Source: Candidatus Saccharimonadota bacterium
Lineage (GTDB): Bacteria; Patescibacteriota; Saccharimonadia; Saccharimonadales; Saccharimonadaceae
Assembly (NCBI GenBank): GCA_009783235.1
Contig: WRHN01000001.1
Span: forward strand, 212,046-276,045
DNA: 64,000 nucleotides
Reading direction: 5' to 3'
Part shown: positions 47,693 to 56,580 of the stretch, piece by piece
How the letters are laid out: each line of letters begins with the position of its first letter
Numbering within the stretch: the stretch's first letter is position 1
Position numbers and translations under genes: made by a program
The notes under the pieces: model-generated
What the model was told of the DNA's origin: nothing
Seen by the model: only the letters and a program-made list of their open reading frames with translations
Databases searched by the model: none

Positions 47693-48934
47693 TTATTTGG
47701 TCAGTTTAACAAAAACTGCCTCATCTTGCTCAACAAAAAATGATACATTTGACATGGTAATCTGATCTGTATACTCGGCTTCTACAAGCAAAATCACCCA
47801 ACAACTAACTGAATCACCAGGTTTTTTCGCAGATTTGTCGCATCCTTCGGTATTATAACCCGCATCGTCGGCCGCCTTTTTAAACGCGTAACTAGTTTCC
47901 TGGAACAAGCGGTCGAAGACGATATCTTTAGTGTCTCTTCCGACATGACGATCATAAAAACTCAAACTGCCATCGATATCATAGAAATTTTTATCGTTTG
48001 ATGTCATTGTGACATAGACAGCAACCGCTTTAGTAGAAGAACTATAATAATTATCGTCCATCACAGACTGCGGGATTTTAAAAGCATCAATAACCAACTT
48101 TGTAGCTTTATAGTTTAGGCCGTTTTTAGCATCGTTAATCGTCGCGTTGATAGCGATTTCAGATTTAGATGGTGCTGTTGTCGCGGTTGAGCTTCTGCTA
48201 TCATTATAGGCATCAGTATCGTCAGAGCTCCTTGCGCTGTCTCCGTCCCAGTCTTTGTTTGGCACAGAGAAGTCCAACTTGTCTGGCGATGGGCAAGTAA
48301 ATTTAGTATCGTCCTTATCGCTGCCTTCGTAGCCAGCTATGTCTTCGATGAAATAATCTATCATGCTAGCATCATAATCTTGTTTAACAGCCATGCTGTC
48401 ATTCCAAACATAAATAGCATCATCCTTGATAGCCAACATGTTAATATCCTCGCCGCCCGTCTTTGTAGACATCCTGACTTTGTCCCAGCCCTTGGTTGTT
48501 CGTAGCGTCGTGGAGTTCTTATTGTTGTCTTTATCCTCGAGTAGGCAATTTATTGCATCTTTGTTCTTCACTGCAGCTTTGAAATCTTCAGCATTGCGAA
48601 TCCCGCCGTTAAACATTAATATTAGCACTACGGCTAAAACTACAATAAACAGCACGGCTCCCGCCAGCGCTAAAACGAGCCCGAGTTTTGGCCTACTCGG
48701 CGCGTTGTAGGGTGAAGGTGTCATTACTGAGCCTGGGGCCGATTGGGGGGGGGTATTATCTGCCACTGGTGCGGATTCTGGCGGTGGTGCCATGCCCGGC
48801 GCTGGCGGAATCTCTGGTGGCGGCGTTATATCTGGCGCCGCTGGTGGAACTTCTGGTGTTGGTGTAACCTCTGGCGTTGGCACTGGTACATCTGTGGGAA
48901 CTCCGGAGGGATTGTTTTGTTGGTTAGGATCCAT
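47693..48934 (-). CDS. membrane-anchored extracellular protein, paralog of the 23042..23650 product, with a Pro-rich cytoplasmic N-terminus
   Basis: N-terminal PTPEV/PPAP repeats and TM (LGLVLALAGAVLFIVVLAVVLILMF), then the shared domain (KDAINCLL, GWDKVR, KDDAIYVW, CPSPDKLDFSVPNKDW) and a further extracellular region of about 200 aa. Confidence 0.55.
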   Translation of the reverse strand: MDPNQQNNPSGVPTDVPVPTPEVTPTPEVPPAAPDITPPPEIPPAPGMAPPPESAPVADNTPPQSAPGSVMTPSPYNAPSRPKLGLVLALAGAVLFIVVLAVVLILMFNGGIRNAEDFKAAVKNKDAINCLLEDKDNNKNSTTLRTTKGWDKVRMSTKTGGEDINMLAIKDDAIYVWNDSMAVKQDYDASMIDYFIEDIAGYEGSDKDDTKFTCPSPDKLDFSVPNKDWDGDSARSSDDTDAYNDSRSSTATTAPSKSEIAINATINDAKNGLNYKATKLVIDAFKIPQSVMDDNYYSSSTKAVAVYVTMTSNDKNFYDIDGSLSFYDRHVGRDTKDIVFDRLFQETSYAFKKAADDAGYNTEGCDKSAKKPGDSVSCWVILLVEAEYTDQITMSNVSFFVEQDEAVFVKLTK

Positions 48935-49024
48935 ATATTACTCCTTGAATTAAGATTATTGACCAAAGTATAACATAAGCGTTCGCAAAAACGCAAGTAA
49001 ATTTAAGGGTCAATCAGTATACAA

Positions 49025-49990
49025 CTAGAGTGCAATTTTAATGCCTGGGCCCATAGTCGAGGACAGGTTGAGCGACAAAATATAATTACCTTTGGTGGTG
49101 CTAGGCTTGTTAGCATTCAGCGAATCCAAGAAAAGTTGAGCGTTGGCGGTTAGCTTTTCGGCACCAAAACTGATTTTACCGATGCCAAGGTGGACAATCG
49201 CCTGTTTATCGACGCGATACTCGACTTTGCCAGCTTTGGCTTCAGCAATGGCTTTCTCTGGCGTGGCCGATACAGTGCCAGCTTTTGGATTAGGCATCAA
49301 ACCTTTTGGCCCCAGTAGCCGAGCATATTTGCCCAGTTTTGGCATATTAGCAGGGGTGGTAATTAAAATATCAAAATCAAGTTGCTCTTTATCGAGCATG
49401 GCCAAGACTTCTTGCTCGCCCGCAATATCAGCGCCCTTGGCCAGCTCAACTGGCGCAAAAGCAGCCACGCGTACAGTTTTACCCGTGCCATGCGGCAATA
49501 CCACGGTCGCGCGAATATTCTGGTCGGCCTGCTTAGGGTCAACTCCTAAACGAGCGTGGATTTCCACGGTAGCGTCAAATTTCACTGGGCTAGTCTCAAC
49601 CACCAACTTCATCGCTTCGGCCAAAGTGTAAGTTCGGCTTGTGTCAATTTTTTTCGCGGCCTCTTGATATTTTTTGCTGCGGCGCTCTAGCTTCGAGCGA
49701 GTTTTTGGCGCTGGGCCTTTCTTCTCTTCGACTGGAACTTCCTTGCGCGCCTGGCGTTCGGCCTCCGCTTCGACCTCTTTAACGACCTTCTCGCTGCGTT
49801 TGCCAGCTTTAGCAAAAACTTCTGTCTCAGTCGGCGTTTCTTCTGGCGCTGGTTCGTTTTCTTCAGCAGTAGCGACGACTGAAAACGTAGCGATCTCCGC
49901 TTCGATTTCTGCGATGGTATTTTTGAGCGTCAACTCAGTTTTTTTATTTAGCTTCTTTAGCTCTTCAAAGAGCTCGGCTTTTTTGGCCAT
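49025..49990 (-). CDS. rplA: 50S ribosomal protein L1 with an N-terminal E/K/A-rich extension of about 95 aa
   Basis: L1 core starts near KTRSKLERRSKKYQEAAKKID...VVLPHGTGKTVRVAAFA. The upstream in-frame 95 aa (MAKKAELFEELKKLNKK...) have no L1 or L11 similarity. Confidence 0.8.
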   Translation of the reverse strand: MAKKAELFEELKKLNKKTELTLKNTIAEIEAEIATFSVVATAEENEPAPEETPTETEVFAKAGKRSEKVVKEVEAEAERQARKEVPVEEKKGPAPKTRSKLERRSKKYQEAAKKIDTSRTYTLAEAMKLVVETSPVKFDATVEIHARLGVDPKQADQNIRATVVLPHGTGKTVRVAAFAPVELAKGADIAGEQEVLAMLDKEQLDFDILITTPANMPKLGKYARLLGPKGLMPNPKAGTVSATPEKAIAEAKAGKVEYRVDKQAIVHLGIGKISFGAEKLTANAQLFLDSLNANKPSTTKGNYILSLNLSSTMGPGIKIAL

Positions 49991-50109
49991 GTTTTCTCCT
50001 TTCGTGGTAAAAACGGTTTATTAAGACCTCCCACAAATTAATTTATATCCACCTTATTCTATCATATCCAGCTTGAAATTGCCAGCTTGAAATGCTAAAG
50101 TTAAAATGT

Positions 50110-50487
50110 ATGGTCAAGAAAACAAAAGTTGCGATAATTGAAGATGATGCGATGATTAATCAGATGTATCGCGTGAAGTTTGAGTTGGCGGGCTATGAAG
50201 TGGCCGTCGCAGAGAACGGTCGAGACGGTATTGAACTGGTTAAGGAAATGCGCCCAGACGTTATTTTGCTTGATTTGATGATGCCGGAAATGAACGGTGA
50301 TGAAGCTCTGGAGCATATTCGTAAAATGCCAGAATATTCCCAAACTCCAGTGGCGGTTCTGACGAATTTAGGGTTCGAAGAAGCGCCTAAGCGGCTGAGC
50401 AAGCTCGGCGTCGCCCAGTTTATTGTCAAGGCTGACACCACGCCTAGTCGCGTAGTCGATTTAGTGTCAACGATGTTGAAGAAGTAA
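50110..50487 (+). CDS. single-domain response regulator (receiver only, CheY-like)
   Basis: VAIIEDD ... ILLDLMMPEMNG (phospho-acceptor Asp) ... conserved Lys in VKADT. Ends 4 nt before murB. Confidence 0.75.
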   Translation: MVKKTKVAIIEDDAMINQMYRVKFELAGYEVAVAENGRDGIELVKEMRPDVILLDLMMPEMNGDEALEHIRKMPEYSQTPVAVLTNLGFEEAPKRLSKLGVAQFIVKADTTPSRVVDLVSTMLKK

Positions 50488-50491
50488 TAAC

Positions 50492-51499
50492 ATGAGAATT
50501 CAAAAAGATTTTTTGCTATCAAAGCTGGTAACTATGAAGTTGGGCGGTCGAGCCAGTTTTGTGGTAACGGTCAGAAAAAAGCAGGACATTCCTAAAGCCC
50601 TGGCCTTTGCTCGCAGTAAGAAGCTACCCTGGTTTGTGCTGGGGGGAGGTTCTAATGTAATCGGCGCGGATTTCTACAACGGCGTGGTTATCTTGGTAAA
50701 AATAGGCGGAATTAAGCGGTCAGATAATTATCAGTGGCATTTTGGCGCGGGCGTGGTTTTAGACACGGCTATCGAAAAAACCATCAAAGCCGGGTCTTCC
50801 GGTCTGGAGTGCATGAGCGGTATTCCCGGCACTGTGGGCGGCGCTCCGGTGCATAACGCAGGCGCTTATGGCCAAGAATTGTCAGATGTCGTTACTAGTG
50901 TTGAGGCTTACGATGTGGCTAAGCAGGAATTTGTCAGTTTGAGTCATAAAAGTTGCAAATTTGAATATTTAAGTTCTATTTTTAAAAATCACCCAGGCAA
51001 ATATATTATCACGGGGCTGAATGTACAACTGCGTCCGTCTGATCCCCAAATGACCCTGGGGCACCCTGGTTTGAAGCAACATCTCAAAGAACACGGCGTT
51101 GTAAAAGTCTCGCCGAAGCTGCTGCGTCGAGCGGTGTTAAATTTGCGTGCAGAGCGCCTGCCATCTTTAGAAAAACACGCTTCTGCTGGTTCTTTTTTCA
51201 AAAACCCTATCTTAAGCGCGCGCAAATTTGCCAAATTTCATAAAGCCTTTCCTGGCGCTCCGTTTGACAAACAGCCGAGCGGCGAGGTTAAAATTTTCTC
51301 GGGCTGGCTGTTAGAGCAGGCGGGTCTCAAGGGCGTCGAGAAATTTGGCTTTGCCAGTTACAGCGAAAACGCCCTGGTAGTGATTAATAAATCCGCCAAA
51401 ACTCTAGCCGAACTAGAAAACTACACTCAATTTGCCTCCGATGCCGTGTTTGAAAAATTCGGCGTAACGTTAGAGCGCGACCCAGATATTATCGCTTAG
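50492..51499 (+). CDS. murB: UDP-N-acetylenolpyruvoylglucosamine reductase
   Basis: FAD-binding PCMH domain with the GGGSNV motif. MurB C-terminal domain. Confidence 0.8.
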   Translation: MRIQKDFLLSKLVTMKLGGRASFVVTVRKKQDIPKALAFARSKKLPWFVLGGGSNVIGADFYNGVVILVKIGGIKRSDNYQWHFGAGVVLDTAIEKTIKAGSSGLECMSGIPGTVGGAPVHNAGAYGQELSDVVTSVEAYDVAKQEFVSLSHKSCKFEYLSSIFKNHPGKYIITGLNVQLRPSDPQMTLGHPGLKQHLKEHGVVKVSPKLLRRAVLNLRAERLPSLEKHASAGSFFKNPILSARKFAKFHKAFPGAPFDKQPSGEVKIFSGWLLEQAGLKGVEKFGFASYSENALVVINKSAKTLAELENYTQFASDAVFEKFGVTLERDPDIIA

Positions 51500-51521
51500 T
51501 TCGCGCTTCGCTCAATCAACT

Positions 51522-52067
51522 CTAGTCGATTTTTTTGACCTGCAGAGCATCGAGCTCAACTGAAGTGTCTCGACCAAACATTGACACCAAAACTTTCAGC
51601 TTGCCCTTTGCGGTATCAATCCCGTCGATATAGCCCTCGAACCCCTTGAACGGGCCATCGACAATATTAACTACCTCGTTCACTTTATAGTCAATTTCTT
51701 GAACAGGGTCTTTAGCGCCCATGCGCTTTTTAATCTCTCGAATTTCGCTTTCCGAAACTGGTGTTGGCGTGTTGCCGGCGCCCACAAAACCAGTTACACC
51801 TGGAGTGTTGCGCAAAATATACCAAACTTCGTCGGTTAATTTCGCTTCCACCAAAACATATCCTTGAAAAATCTTCTTATCTAAAACCTTGCGCGAGCCA
51901 TTTTTAATCTCAATAGTTTTTTCGCGCGGCACTAAAACGTCGAAAATCTTATCGTTCATGTCCACACCTTTAATGCGCTGCTTGATTTCGTTTTCTACTT
52001 TTTCTTCAAATCCGCTCGAGACCTGCAGAGTGTACCATTGTCTAGTTGAATCATATCTATTCGCCAT
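51522..52067 (-). CDS. nusG: transcription termination/antitermination factor NusG
   Basis: NGN domain (WYTLQVSSGFEEKV) and C-terminal KOW (VVNIVDGPFKGFEGYIDGID). Confidence 0.9.
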   Translation of the reverse strand: MANRYDSTRQWYTLQVSSGFEEKVENEIKQRIKGVDMNDKIFDVLVPREKTIEIKNGSRKVLDKKIFQGYVLVEAKLTDEVWYILRNTPGVTGFVGAGNTPTPVSESEIREIKKRMGAKDPVQEIDYKVNEVVNIVDGPFKGFEGYIDGIDTAKGKLKVLVSMFGRDTSVELDALQVKKID

Positions 52068-52082
52068 TTCTCTTCTCCTTTT

Positions 52083-52451
52083 CTATAAAATTACTTCCTG
52101 CATCAGCCAGTTCCAAATCCAGTCAGCCACCAAAATAAATAATGCAAAAAATCCGCTGAATAAAATCACCGCGATGGTCAATGTCCAGGTCGCGCGGCGG
52201 TTAGTCCAGTGAACCTGCCTCAGTTCGCGCCAAGCACCCACGAAATAATTTTTAGTGTCTTCTTTTTGCGATTGTTTTTTAGACTTGATGTCTTTGGTCG
52301 GTTTTTTAGTAGTTTTGCTTTTAACCTTTGTTTTGCCCTTGGCATTGTCGTTATCCTTGACCTTAACCTTAACCTCGCGCGCCGTTTTTTTGGCCTGGTC
52401 GTTAGTTTTAGCTTTGATACGTTTAACTACTTTTGTCTCATCTGTTGCCAC
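52083..52451 (-). CDS. secE: preprotein translocase subunit SecE with a long Lys-rich N-terminal extension
   Basis: C-terminal single TM plus amphipathic segment (TWTLTIAVILFSGFFALFILVADWIW). Position immediately upstream of nusG. Confidence 0.8.
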   Translation of the reverse strand: MATDETKVVKRIKAKTNDQAKKTAREVKVKVKDNDNAKGKTKVKSKTTKKPTKDIKSKKQSQKEDTKNYFVGAWRELRQVHWTNRRATWTLTIAVILFSGFFALFILVADWIWNWLMQEVIL

Positions 52452-52597
52452 TGCCGAGCTCCTTTCCTCAATTAAAAAGTCCTAACGGACATTGTCAAGA
52501 GTTTAGCACGGTTCGGTTCATAATGCAAGTAAAGAAGCCCAGTTCGTGCCATATTTGGCATAAACTGGGCTCATCGTCCCCCACTTTGGCGTATCTG

Positions 52598-53017
52598 TTA
52601 CCATTCTTGCCAGAATCTGTCAGGATCTTCCTCTCGCAATTTAACAAGCCGCTCGATGTCCTCAGGACAATAATCGCCGTCGGCAGTCTCGCCCGCATCT
52701 TCTGCGTCCAAGCCAAGATATATTGCCGCGCAATACCACTTGCCGTCTTCGAGCAGAACATGCAGTTCGCGGGCTTCGTTTTCTTCGGCTGGACTCAGTT
52801 TTTTGACAAGACCCAGAGTGTCTCCGTTCTCAAATTGTTTAAATTTTGACAACATTGACCGGGTCAACTTTCCCTGTTTCTTACTTCTCGCAATCACGGG
52901 CCATTCTTCTGGTTCGGCTCCGTAATCGCACTTGACTATACGCAGTTCGATGATACCAACATCACCATCTGCAAAAGTCCTTGGTAGCCTACTGGTCTGT
53001 TCTTCCACATCAATCAC
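52598..53017 (-). CDS. hypothetical acidic protein (139 aa)
   Basis: Chosen from three overlapping ORFs because it is co-directional with the flanking operon and has coding-like composition. No motif. Confidence 0.35.
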   Translation of the reverse strand: MIDVEEQTSRLPRTFADGDVGIIELRIVKCDYGAEPEEWPVIARSKKQGKLTRSMLSKFKQFENGDTLGLVKKLSPAEENEARELHVLLEDGKWYCAAIYLGLDAEDAGETADGDYCPEDIERLVKLREEDPDRFWQEW

Positions 53018-53094
53018 TCTCCTAGCTCGCTACTTGAATCTAAACCACCTCCTGGTGCAATTTTATCACATAGGCAATATTTTGTCAATATATT

Positions 53095-54255
53095 TTAGCG
53101 CCTGTGTTTGTGATTATGCTTTTTGATTTTATTCTTGTCTTTTACGACGTGAAAATCTCCCAAATATTCCTCGCGGTATTGCTCCGCTGGCTGATAGCTG
53201 GCTTGTTTAACGGGTTTGCTCACCACTAGCTTAATGTCTCGGCCGCGCCAGTCCACCTTGCCAAAAGTATATTTATGCCAACTTCCCACGATGACGAAAA
53301 TTTGCAGAATGATTTGCAGCGGCGTCAGCATTGGCGTCAGCCACCAAGAATCGCGTGTCAGCGCCGCGTACCAAGCATTAGATCCAATGACAATCAGTAA
53401 AATAACTAAATTCACCCACCAAGCCAGTCCACCCAATTCTAGTAGCCAAACCAGCAGAAACGGCGCGAGCAACACCAAGTGCGCCAATATAGCCAACAGG
53501 GCGCGTAGCGGTTTGCGTCGCAATTGCGGATAGGTTACGCGCACCGCGGAGTCGTATTCGTGTTTAAAATCTTCCGCGTGCTTGATTCGTAAAAACCCCG
53601 AGCTGACAAAAAATTTATATTTTTTCTCCCAAATCAACCGCCGCGCAATTCCCTCTTCGGGCAGAATTTTATAACTTTGGGCTGCAATGCCGCCGAGCGC
53701 CGCTAATTTTTCGCGACGAATAATCCAAAGTCGATGTCCGACTGGCGTGCGGTTTTGGCTAATTGGCCTAAAAACGTCCCAGAAATAGCGCAGCGGCTCC
53801 AGCAAAGCGTTCAGCGAGTAGCTACTGCTGTGGCGTGGCATAATTGACAGCATGTCTTGATCGGTCTCTTGCATGTAGCTGATCAAATGGTCTAGATCGT
53901 TCGGGCCCAGGCGCACATCAACATCCATAAAAGCAATGTATTTACCGCTGGCGGCCCGCTCCAGTTGGTTCAGCGCGTAGGTTTTTCCCGTCCAGCCTTT
54001 GGCGGGGTGATCGCCGGAGATAAACCGCATACCAGCATGGGCAAAACCACGGATAATTTCGCTAGTGTTGTCGCTCGACTGATCATCTAACACAATCACT
54101 TCTATCTTAGGGTATTCTAACGCTTGAACATTGGTCAGACAGTCAACTAACGACAGCGTTTCGTTGCGCGCTGGTATGGCCAGCGTCAGGGTGGGTAAAT
54201 TCTCTGTTGTAGAATGTTTAGGAAAACGAAAATGTCGCCAAGCGAAATAAATCAC
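53095..54255 (-). CDS. membrane glycosyltransferase family 2 (GT-A catalytic domain + C-terminal TM helices)
   Basis: LTLAIPARNE, VLDDQSSD (DxD-type), and a C-terminal multi-TM region. The start overlaps the histidine-kinase stop by 4 nt. Confidence 0.7.
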   Translation of the reverse strand: MIYFAWRHFRFPKHSTTENLPTLTLAIPARNETLSLVDCLTNVQALEYPKIEVIVLDDQSSDNTSEIIRGFAHAGMRFISGDHPAKGWTGKTYALNQLERAASGKYIAFMDVDVRLGPNDLDHLISYMQETDQDMLSIMPRHSSSYSLNALLEPLRYFWDVFRPISQNRTPVGHRLWIIRREKLAALGGIAAQSYKILPEEGIARRLIWEKKYKFFVSSGFLRIKHAEDFKHEYDSAVRVTYPQLRRKPLRALLAILAHLVLLAPFLLVWLLELGGLAWWVNLVILLIVIGSNAWYAALTRDSWWLTPMLTPLQIILQIFVIVGSWHKYTFGKVDWRGRDIKLVVSKPVKQASYQPAEQYREEYLGDFHVVKDKNKIKKHNHKHRR

Positions 54256-55946
54256 TGCTTAACCTCTTTTGCGGTCGTCGTACTTTGCTCTGCTACCTCA
54301 GATTCTTCGGGAGCTTTGGCTGGCAAGACAAAACTAAACGTCGAGCCTTTGTCGAGTTCGCTTTTGACCTTCACTTTAAAATGCAGCAGCCCTGCTAGTT
54401 TATCTACCACATATAGTCCCAGTCCCGTACCGCCAGTTTCGCGTGTGCGAAAATCTTCCGAGCGGAAAAACTTATCAAAAATATGCTTTTGATCGGATTT
54501 AGAAATGCCCATACCGGTGTCGCTAATCGCTATCAGCACACCCTGTGGAGTTTTGCTAGAAGAAATTGTTACCGCGCCTTTATTGGTATATTTAATGGCG
54601 TTGGCCATCAGGTTTTGTAAAATTTCTTGCACATACAGTTTAGAGGAATAAATTTCACCAGCGTCTTCAGCCACGTCAATGACTAATCCCAGTTTTTTAT
54701 CTTTGATTTGATCGGCAAATTGCGCTTCCACGCGACCAAAAAATTCGCGCACATCTATCAGCTCTAACTCAGCACCAACGCCTCGTTGCGCTCGGCTCAA
54801 AGTGCTAATATCATTAATCATTTGCCCCAGGTAAAATATCTGACCGTGCGCTACCGCCAGTTGCGCTGACAAGGTTTTTGGATCAATCTCGCGCTCCAAA
54901 AGATATTGAATATTAGATAGTGCGCCCTCAGCTACCGCCACAGGCGTGCGCAATTCGTGGCTAACCACAGAAATAAACTCGTCGCGCTCTTCGTCCAAAG
55001 ACTTGCTATTAGTAATATCATTTAGCGTCAACACGTAACCTTCGTTTTTACCGACGTCGTGTTCGCCACCGTGATATTTTTCTATGATAGGTGCGCAAGA
55101 CACCGACAGATTAACCTTATCTCCGTCCGCAAAAACCAGGCTCAGATCTTCGCGGGTAAAACTACGATTTTCTTTTTTAATATATTTCCACAAATCAAAT
55201 GGGCGTTTTTTGCTATCCACCACAGTCAAATAACGCGTCAAACGTTTACCGTCCAGCTCGGCGTTGGTGTCAAACAAAATCATCGCGGCTGGATTGTAAA
55301 CGCGAATCCGTCCCTTAGAATCTACGCCGATAATCGCATCTTTAATCGTGTTAATAGTCGTTACCAAGCGATTTTGCGTGAACTCATTTTCCTGCTTAGC
55401 GTGCTCGAACAGGCGTTTATAAACATCGGTGTACTCAGCAATCAAAGCCACCGTAATCGCCACGACTGTTGTAGCAATCATCGCTGTCAGACCCGAGCCC
55501 AGTTGTTGCATGCCGTTGTTGGTGTCGAGAATAAACGCCATGATGGTTACTAGGTACATATACAAAGTGGCTGCAATAAAAGCCGTGCGACCAAAAAACA
55601 GTGCCGTTAGCATTAGCCAGCCCACCCAAAATAGATAAATTGACGGCGTGAATCCGCTAATCGCTACGGTGAAAATCCCTAGCATTACATATTGCGCAAT
55701 GTGATAAGTCGGCGACGGTTTGCTGTGGCGTTTGCGCAAGAAAAGACCATAAATAATCAAAGTCATTAACACGAATATCATCGGTGCGGCGTATTCACTG
55801 CGGTAGACTTCGTGGTGCCCTACTAGGCCCGACTGCAAAGTCAGCATATACAAAACTAAAAGTGCCATCAAGAAAATAATACTGGTGCGCAAAATATAGC
55901 GCGCTTTATCAATTTGTTTGAGTTTTTTCCAGATTAGCCTTTTCAT
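54252..55946 (-). CDS. sensor histidine kinase (multi-TM sensor, PAS-like, HisKA, HATPase_c)
   Basis: H-box VVSHELRTPVAVAEG. N/G boxes (NLMANAIKYT, DTGMGI, GGTGLGLYVV). Six N-terminal TM helices. Confidence 0.85.
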   Translation of the reverse strand: MKRLIWKKLKQIDKARYILRTSIIFLMALLVLYMLTLQSGLVGHHEVYRSEYAAPMIFVLMTLIIYGLFLRKRHSKPSPTYHIAQYVMLGIFTVAISGFTPSIYLFWVGWLMLTALFFGRTAFIAATLYMYLVTIMAFILDTNNGMQQLGSGLTAMIATTVVAITVALIAEYTDVYKRLFEHAKQENEFTQNRLVTTINTIKDAIIGVDSKGRIRVYNPAAMILFDTNAELDGKRLTRYLTVVDSKKRPFDLWKYIKKENRSFTREDLSLVFADGDKVNLSVSCAPIIEKYHGGEHDVGKNEGYVLTLNDITNSKSLDEERDEFISVVSHELRTPVAVAEGALSNIQYLLEREIDPKTLSAQLAVAHGQIFYLGQMINDISTLSRAQRGVGAELELIDVREFFGRVEAQFADQIKDKKLGLVIDVAEDAGEIYSSKLYVQEILQNLMANAIKYTNKGAVTISSSKTPQGVLIAISDTGMGISKSDQKHIFDKFFRSEDFRTRETGGTGLGLYVVDKLAGLLHFKVKVKSELDKGSTFSFVLPAKAPEESEVAEQSTTTAKEVKQ

Positions 55947-55982
55947 CTTTTTCTATTTTAGCATAAACCTTTTCGAAAAAGT

Positions 55983-56528
55983 CTATAGCTGCGGTGAGTA
56001 TTTCTTCATACGTTTGCGCGCCTCTTTATATTCGGGGTAATATTTCGCCAGCTCTGCCCAAAATTCTTTTGAATGATTCATGTAGCGAGTATGCGTGAGC
56101 TCGTGCAAAATCACATAATCACGCAAGGTTTCTGGGATTCTCATCAACGCTATATTCAGCGACACCGTACCGCGCGACGAACACGAGCCCCAGCGAGTTC
56201 TAGCGTTCATAATACGCACTTTTTCGTATTTAAATCCGTGCGTGCGCGCCAAAATGCGCAGGCGCGTTTGCAGCCAAGGTCGAGCCAGTTTACGCAGAGC
56301 TTTTTTTTCGGCTTCGCTCATTTTTTTGGTCTGTTTAGGCATAGAATTGATTTTGCGGCGGATCTCTGGACGAGATTTTTCTAGAAATTTACGCGCCATA
56401 AAAATCGGTGTCAAACTCGGCATCGATATCGAAACGCGTCGATCTTCTCCGACTTTAATCCGAATATAACTAGACGCCACTTTAGTGATTTTTATTTCAC
56501 CAAATTCTTTGTCATGCAAAGTATTCAT
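55983..56528 (-). CDS. YgjP-like (DUF45/M48-related) metal-dependent hydrolase
   Basis: HExxH motif in ILHELTHTRYMNHSKEFWAEL, which is typical of the YgjP family. Confidence 0.7.
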   Translation of the reverse strand: MNTLHDKEFGEIKITKVASSYIRIKVGEDRRVSISMPSLTPIFMARKFLEKSRPEIRRKINSMPKQTKKMSEAEKKALRKLARPWLQTRLRILARTHGFKYEKVRIMNARTRWGSCSSRGTVSLNIALMRIPETLRDYVILHELTHTRYMNHSKEFWAELAKYYPEYKEARKRMKKYSPQL

Positions 56529-56580
56529 TTTTCTAGTATATCATGATATAATATAAATCGGTGAGTGCACTTTTTTATTA

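Noticed and set aside
49143-50024. Plus-strand ORFs (162 and 116 aa) overlapping rplA
   Set aside because: They are antisense to rplA. Their Ala/Ser-rich translations are typical of antisense frames of GC-rich codons.
52433-52849. Plus-strand 138-aa ORF and minus-strand 88-aa ORF overlapping the 52598..53017 candidate
   Set aside because: There are three mutually overlapping frames. Only the 139-aa minus-strand frame is co-directional with secE/nusG and extends across the whole intergenic space. The others were left uncalled, and even the chosen one is low confidence.
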